This document shows positions 55,201 to 58,459 of a DNA stretch of 58,459 bases, in pieces. The position numbers and the translations under genes were made by a program. How positions within the stretch are numbered: the stretch's first letter is position 1; the number at the start of each line of letters is the position of its first letter. The stretch is from a virus (Duplodnaviria > Caudoviricetes): positions 1-58,459 of the IMG/VR virus record IMGVR_UViG_3300021957_000042; one strand, written 5' to 3'. A model generated the notes under the pieces. That model saw nothing but the letters and a program-made list of their open reading frames with translations, was not told the DNA's origin and did no database searches.

Positions 55201-58120
55201 TTACGATTTCGGAATGGAGTTTCAAGCAGAAGATACGGTAGGACTGATCATTCAGCACAGTAGTAATCGCACAGGAACATTGAATGGCCCAACAGACTAT
55301 GCTGCTGTTAGTTATGCAGATTATGCTGCTGGCAATGGGCTATATTCAGCAGAGCATACAGGTACTTCACACTGGTTAGACAATTCTTCGTATGCTGGGA
55401 TGACGTTGTTCTCAACCAAAAACATGTATCAAATCAATCTTGCCAATGCGGATGCTGCAATCTCAAAAGTGGCGATTCCGTTTAAAAGTCCAGATAATCT
55501 GACAGTCACTCCATCTGGATCAAACATCAATCTCAGTTGGGATAACTCGACTTCTTTCACGAACACTTATGACATCTATCGAAGCACAGACAACAGCACA
55601 TGGAGCTTAGTCACTAGCATTAGTGGATATACAAACACTACTTATACAGACTCTTCTCTAGCTGATGGCACTTACTACTATAAGATTGGAGCGAATGGAA
55701 CTTACTTTACCCCAGACAATTCAACAGTAGCTTCGGGCGTGATTTCTACTACTCCGGCAGCCCCTGTTCTCAATTCTGTCACTGCCGGTGTTCAACAGAA
55801 CACAATTGCTTGGAGTGCTTACACGGGAGCAACTAGTTACAAGTTATACTGGGATACTTCAGCATCTGTATCAACAAGTGATAATCTGATCACCATTAGT
55901 GATAACACTTCAACCAGTTATATTCATTCTGGTAGAACAGCAGGTACTCAGTACTACTATAGACTAATTGCGACAACTTCTGGAGGAGATTCAGGACTTT
56001 CAAATGAACTGAGTGATACACCAACTGCTCTTGTTGGATGTACAAGTTCAGGTGCTGTAGCAGATAATGATCCTGACTTGTTAGTGCATTATGCTTTTGA
56101 AGGAAACTTAGAAGATGTTGAGGATACTAACGGTGATAATCGCTATGACCTGACAAATGAAGAAGGAACAATGCAATTTGCTCAAGGTTGTGCCCAGGGT
56201 CAGGCTGCTTATATTGATTCTGCTTCTGGATATGGAGTGAATAATAACTTCACAAGTACAAATGTTGGTGGAAATTTAGCAAATGACAACTTCAGTATCT
56301 CACTATGGGTAGCGAAAGACGGAGATATGGCAGACTATTCTTCTGCATTCAATACTGGCTTTTACAATGAACACACACCAACAGGAGATCAAGAAAAAAC
56401 TCAAATTGATATTCAGGCAGGTAAGTTTCGAGCAATCTCAAATAGTCCCGGTAATGGTAAAAAGGTTAGATCATCCTTCACACCAAATATGGACCAGTGG
56501 TATCATGTTACACTCACTCATAGTCCACCAAGCACTGTTTCATTATATACTGATGGTACCCTACAAGAAACCAACACGAATATGAATATAGATTTCTACG
56601 GTTTGGTTGTTGGTTTGAATCGAAGCAGAAGTGTAGGAACACTCAACTGGAAAGGATATATAGATGAAGTCAAGGTCTTCAACAGAACCTTTAGTGCGGA
56701 TGATGTTGCTGATGATTGTATGAAATCTGAAGGTTGTCCTTATGTTCCAGCAACAGCACCGACACTCTCAGCAGACGCAAGGGCTCAGGCAATCATGTTG
56801 ACTTGGAATTTGCCCGGTGGAACAGACAACGCAACCATCTATTGGAGAACAAGTGGTGGTTCGTTTGAAGGATCACCAACAGCACCTACAGCCAGTGATA
56901 ATGTGATCAATGTGACAAATGGTCAGACAAGTTACTTGCTGACTGGCTTGACTGGTGGTGATTACTATCACTTTGTGATTTTGGCAAATAATCGAAATGG
57001 TAGCAGTCCTGTCAGTTCTGTATTGGGCAATGTTCAGCCGACAAGTTTTATTGCTAACACCTTTGATTCTGGAAACAACGGAGGTATCTGTAAAATTCAA
57101 AATGATGGCAGTCTAAAATGCAAAGGCCGCAACAACTTAGATCAGTTCAATAATGACAGGATTGACCGACCAAGTGCCACTGACATTTTTGGTATCACGA
57201 ATGCGGAGACTATCACATTCTCTTCAAATAAGATTGGTGTTGTTCAGTCAGATGGGAGCTACCAGCATCGTGGAGACAATGATGGTATGAGTACACGCTC
57301 AAGTCCAGTAACTGGTGTGACGAATCCAGTGCAAGTGGAGCATGGATATAATTTTGTGGCTTACTTGATGAGTGATGGGACAGTCCGCACAAGAGGTGCT
57401 AATTACAATGGACAACTGGGTGATGGCACAACCAACAATGAAACTTCTGGTTCCGTTCAAGTCAGTGGAATCACCACAGCAAATAAGATTTCTGCAGGAC
57501 AGTATCATGCTTGTGCGCTCTTGACGAATGGTCAGATCTGGTGTTGGGGTGATAATTCATTTGGTGAGTTAGGGGATGGAACAACAACACAAAGAGAAAC
57601 TCCTGTTCAAGCAGGATTACCGACAGATACTGCTGTTGGTATTTTTGTAAGCCAAAGAACATCTGCGGCTGTTCTAGCTAACGGCAAGGTCTACATTTGG
57701 GGTTCTAATGTTAACAGCAGAGCAAAGTGCAGTAACAATACAAGTGCCATTTCAAATCCAAGAGAACTCACTGTTATTTCAAATGTGAAGCAGATTGATT
57801 TCGGATTTGGTCACTCTGTAATTCTTACAAATGATGGCAATGTCTATACATGCGGCACAGTCTACTCCACATCAAATGTAGCTGGAAATGCCACTTTCTT
57901 TGCAAGCATGGGTACTGAGGCAAAGACAAATGGAGCTATTCTGATGGATGATTATCAAGGCAGAGTGATTGAAGTCCGAGCAGACAACTACAATTCATAT
58001 ATGTTATTGGATAACGGAAGTCTTGCTTGTATCGGAGACAACAATTACGGGCAATGTAATAACGATGGTGCAACGATGGGAACAGATCAGCTAACACCAA
58101 TCATTATTCCTGATATGTAA
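52289..58120 (+). CDS. Giant adhesin-like lipoprotein paralog (4 Ig/Calx-like repeats, FN3, LamG, RCC1)
   Basis: FISC lipobox; L.FTP.N/S.N/S.PQ repeats; shares C-terminal architecture with the 47541 protein. Confidence 0.85.
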   Translation: MRSLIVLLSLIMISFSFISCDQLPEEGTIIYDVDFPRADSCEATGTCNSGGGGGGGGTYVPPVITPGIPSVPSGVTVVNPTFTETEGNTHTGTTIVLDSAPSGTVTISFTSGDTSEITVNSPSLTFTPANYSTPQVIVMTAVEDFINIPTDSNTTTGIAFSISSTNTSDLVHGRIGNLVGYVLDSGRTLFTIGGGTPTIPEGQSDNSSYTFVLNDMPNGVVTVTLTSTDTNEVLIGSPLVFTPGSYNVPQNLSLTGVEDYIVDGLQDTNITVTYTSTDPTDIQDGETNTFIVNTTDSGQSSVTLDDANPSVAEGSSYTGTIVLDAAPAGTVTITLTSDDVGEAQLVPDPTVLTFTPVNWNSPQNYTVNGIEDLEIDGPVETNINIVASSTDPTDSIHGLNTSFTMTTTDSGIDGPYTINPTTPSVTEGTTDNMTFVLNYPPTDTVTITLTSGGADEAGISPTTLTFTPVNWNSPQTVIVTGVEDFVVDNDQLTAITTTISSNDSVYDNSTGYFNITTVDSGRGPTSITSAVAGDQQVTLNWSGPTGMDGYVIYYTNDGSTPTLASDNVSGISGTVTSYVHSGLTSGLTYTYRIVANLGSDSSGLSPTVSANLKPATPTGLTATNPGSGTSINLTWNASTGADNYTVYWTDDPSTPIDPSNPATYDGSTTVTGTSTTATGLTAGTPYDFTIVATNNTAGSSPPATEVNATPTLIMPAAIDNVTAYHGFYGDATIYTASNPDRYSIFPPSYAITWNAHPDFVYSANGDYYKVFISDNLSQPIDPTDSSTYISQQWATTNQTVITTRPFITIDGVTHNDGFLENTPLRIAVVFEDYSKGRILSPVTEVTPTMASEAYRQWGDLRIHGGFFAAGDNSTLYGFGRSNGSDPIRIEHKDMVNVGERAIFDGAWLNSDVFPLMSNSAGYDYMFLTWYQPEKPFFNHNFSTNGTYFKRSRTSDWRLESNAISAGSAVGDYDFGMEFQAEDTVGLIIQHSSNRTGTLNGPTDYAAVSYADYAAGNGLYSAEHTGTSHWLDNSSYAGMTLFSTKNMYQINLANADAAISKVAIPFKSPDNLTVTPSGSNINLSWDNSTSFTNTYDIYRSTDNSTWSLVTSISGYTNTTYTDSSLADGTYYYKIGANGTYFTPDNSTVASGVISTTPAAPVLNSVTAGVQQNTIAWSAYTGATSYKLYWDTSASVSTSDNLITISDNTSTSYIHSGRTAGTQYYYRLIATTSGGDSGLSNELSDTPTALVGCTSSGAVADNDPDLLVHYAFEGNLEDVEDTNGDNRYDLTNEEGTMQFAQGCAQGQAAYIDSASGYGVNNNFTSTNVGGNLANDNFSISLWVAKDGDMADYSSAFNTGFYNEHTPTGDQEKTQIDIQAGKFRAISNSPGNGKKVRSSFTPNMDQWYHVTLTHSPPSTVSLYTDGTLQETNTNMNIDFYGLVVGLNRSRSVGTLNWKGYIDEVKVFNRTFSADDVADDCMKSEGCPYVPATAPTLSADARAQAIMLTWNLPGGTDNATIYWRTSGGSFEGSPTAPTASDNVINVTNGQTSYLLTGLTGGDYYHFVILANNRNGSSPVSSVLGNVQPTSFIANTFDSGNNGGICKIQNDGSLKCKGRNNLDQFNNDRIDRPSATDIFGITNAETITFSSNKIGVVQSDGSYQHRGDNDGMSTRSSPVTGVTNPVQVEHGYNFVAYLMSDGTVRTRGANYNGQLGDGTTNNETSGSVQVSGITTANKISAGQYHACALLTNGQIWCWGDNSFGELGDGTTTQRETPVQAGLPTDTAVGIFVSQRTSAAVLANGKVYIWGSNVNSRAKCSNNTSAISNPRELTVISNVKQIDFGFGHSVILTNDGNVYTCGTVYSTSNVAGNATFFASMGTEAKTNGAILMDDYQGRVIEVRADNYNSYMLLDNGSLACIGDNNYGQCNNDGATMGTDQLTPIIIPDM

Positions 58121-58164
58121 AACAAAAATTTATTATCTTATATTAATTATTCGAGGAGAGTAAG

Positions 58165-58459
58165 ATGAAAGTCCTGAAACTCTTATGTTTTTTAGCATTA
58201 TTATCATTTCTTGTTGGTTGTTTTGAATGTACAAATCCATTATCATTTGAAAAATGTGAAGAGGTGACATCAACAAGTTCAACAACAACATCATCTACAC
58301 CAACCACAGGTTACACATTCTCAGCAAGCTCAGTGAACGTGGCTGAGAATAGTGGTACTGGAACGTACACGGTGAAGCTGAATACAGCACCGACAGCCAC
58401 AGTCACCTTTGCGATCACATCAGATAACACTAGCCATATTACTGTCTCTCCGAGCAGTA
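58165..58459 (+). CDS. Third lipoprotein with Ig/Calx-like repeat (3'-partial)
   Basis: GAGGAG RBS; MKVLKLLCFLALLSFLVGC lipobox; VAENSGTGTYTVKLNTAPTATVT. Confidence 0.8.
   Translation, partial: MKVLKLLCFLALLSFLVGCFECTNPLSFEKCEEVTSTSSTTTSSTPTTGYTFSASSVNVAENSGTGTYTVKLNTAPTATVTFAITSDNTSHITVSPSS

Noticed and set aside
596-57662. Numerous short minus-strand and nested ORFs in the track
   Set aside because: They overlap well-supported genes and lack recognisable motifs; only the 39375-42466 minus-strand operon is credible
47541-58120. Diversity-generating retroelement target/template pair
   Set aside because: No reverse transcriptase is in the window, and paralog differences are not confined to adenines

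Overview
This is about 58 kb of an AT-rich, T4-like (myovirus) phage genome, almost all coded on the + strand. The first 21 kb is the core replication, recombination and transcription module: uvsW (5'-truncated), gp55, gp47, gp46, a CobT-like vWA protein with a CobS-like AAA+ ATPase, gp45, dsbA, gp44, gp62, regA and dUTPase. Auxiliary genes are interleaved with it (GMP reductase, amidoligase, peptide deformylase, glycosyltransferase-like protein, MltD-like transglycosylase). From about 21 to 36 kb lies an accessory region: M15 endolysin, Mom-like DNA modification enzyme, HNH, a second AAA ATPase, 2OG-Fe(II) oxygenase, ADP-ribosylhydrolase, pyrF, tRNA-Arg(UCU), a ParB-like protein and a UvrD-like helicase. 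Many genes there are each preceded by the same ~45-bp early-promoter repeat. From 39 to 45.6 kb, several genes begin with a T4 internal-protein-like capsid targeting sequence (MK[T/S/A]F..F..E). They include an amidoligase, a nuclease-like protein, a possible ADP-ribosyltransferase-fold protein and a 15-aa ORF that is essentially only the tag; phoH is also here. From 45.8 kb to the end is a block of exported proteins: a thermonuclease and an apparently dead paralog, a beta-barrel-like lipoprotein, and three tandem adhesin-like lipoproteins rich in D-N-x-S/T motifs (two complete giants with FN3/Calx-beta/LamG/RCC1 domains and one truncated). All calls come from reading motifs by eye; no database searches were run.
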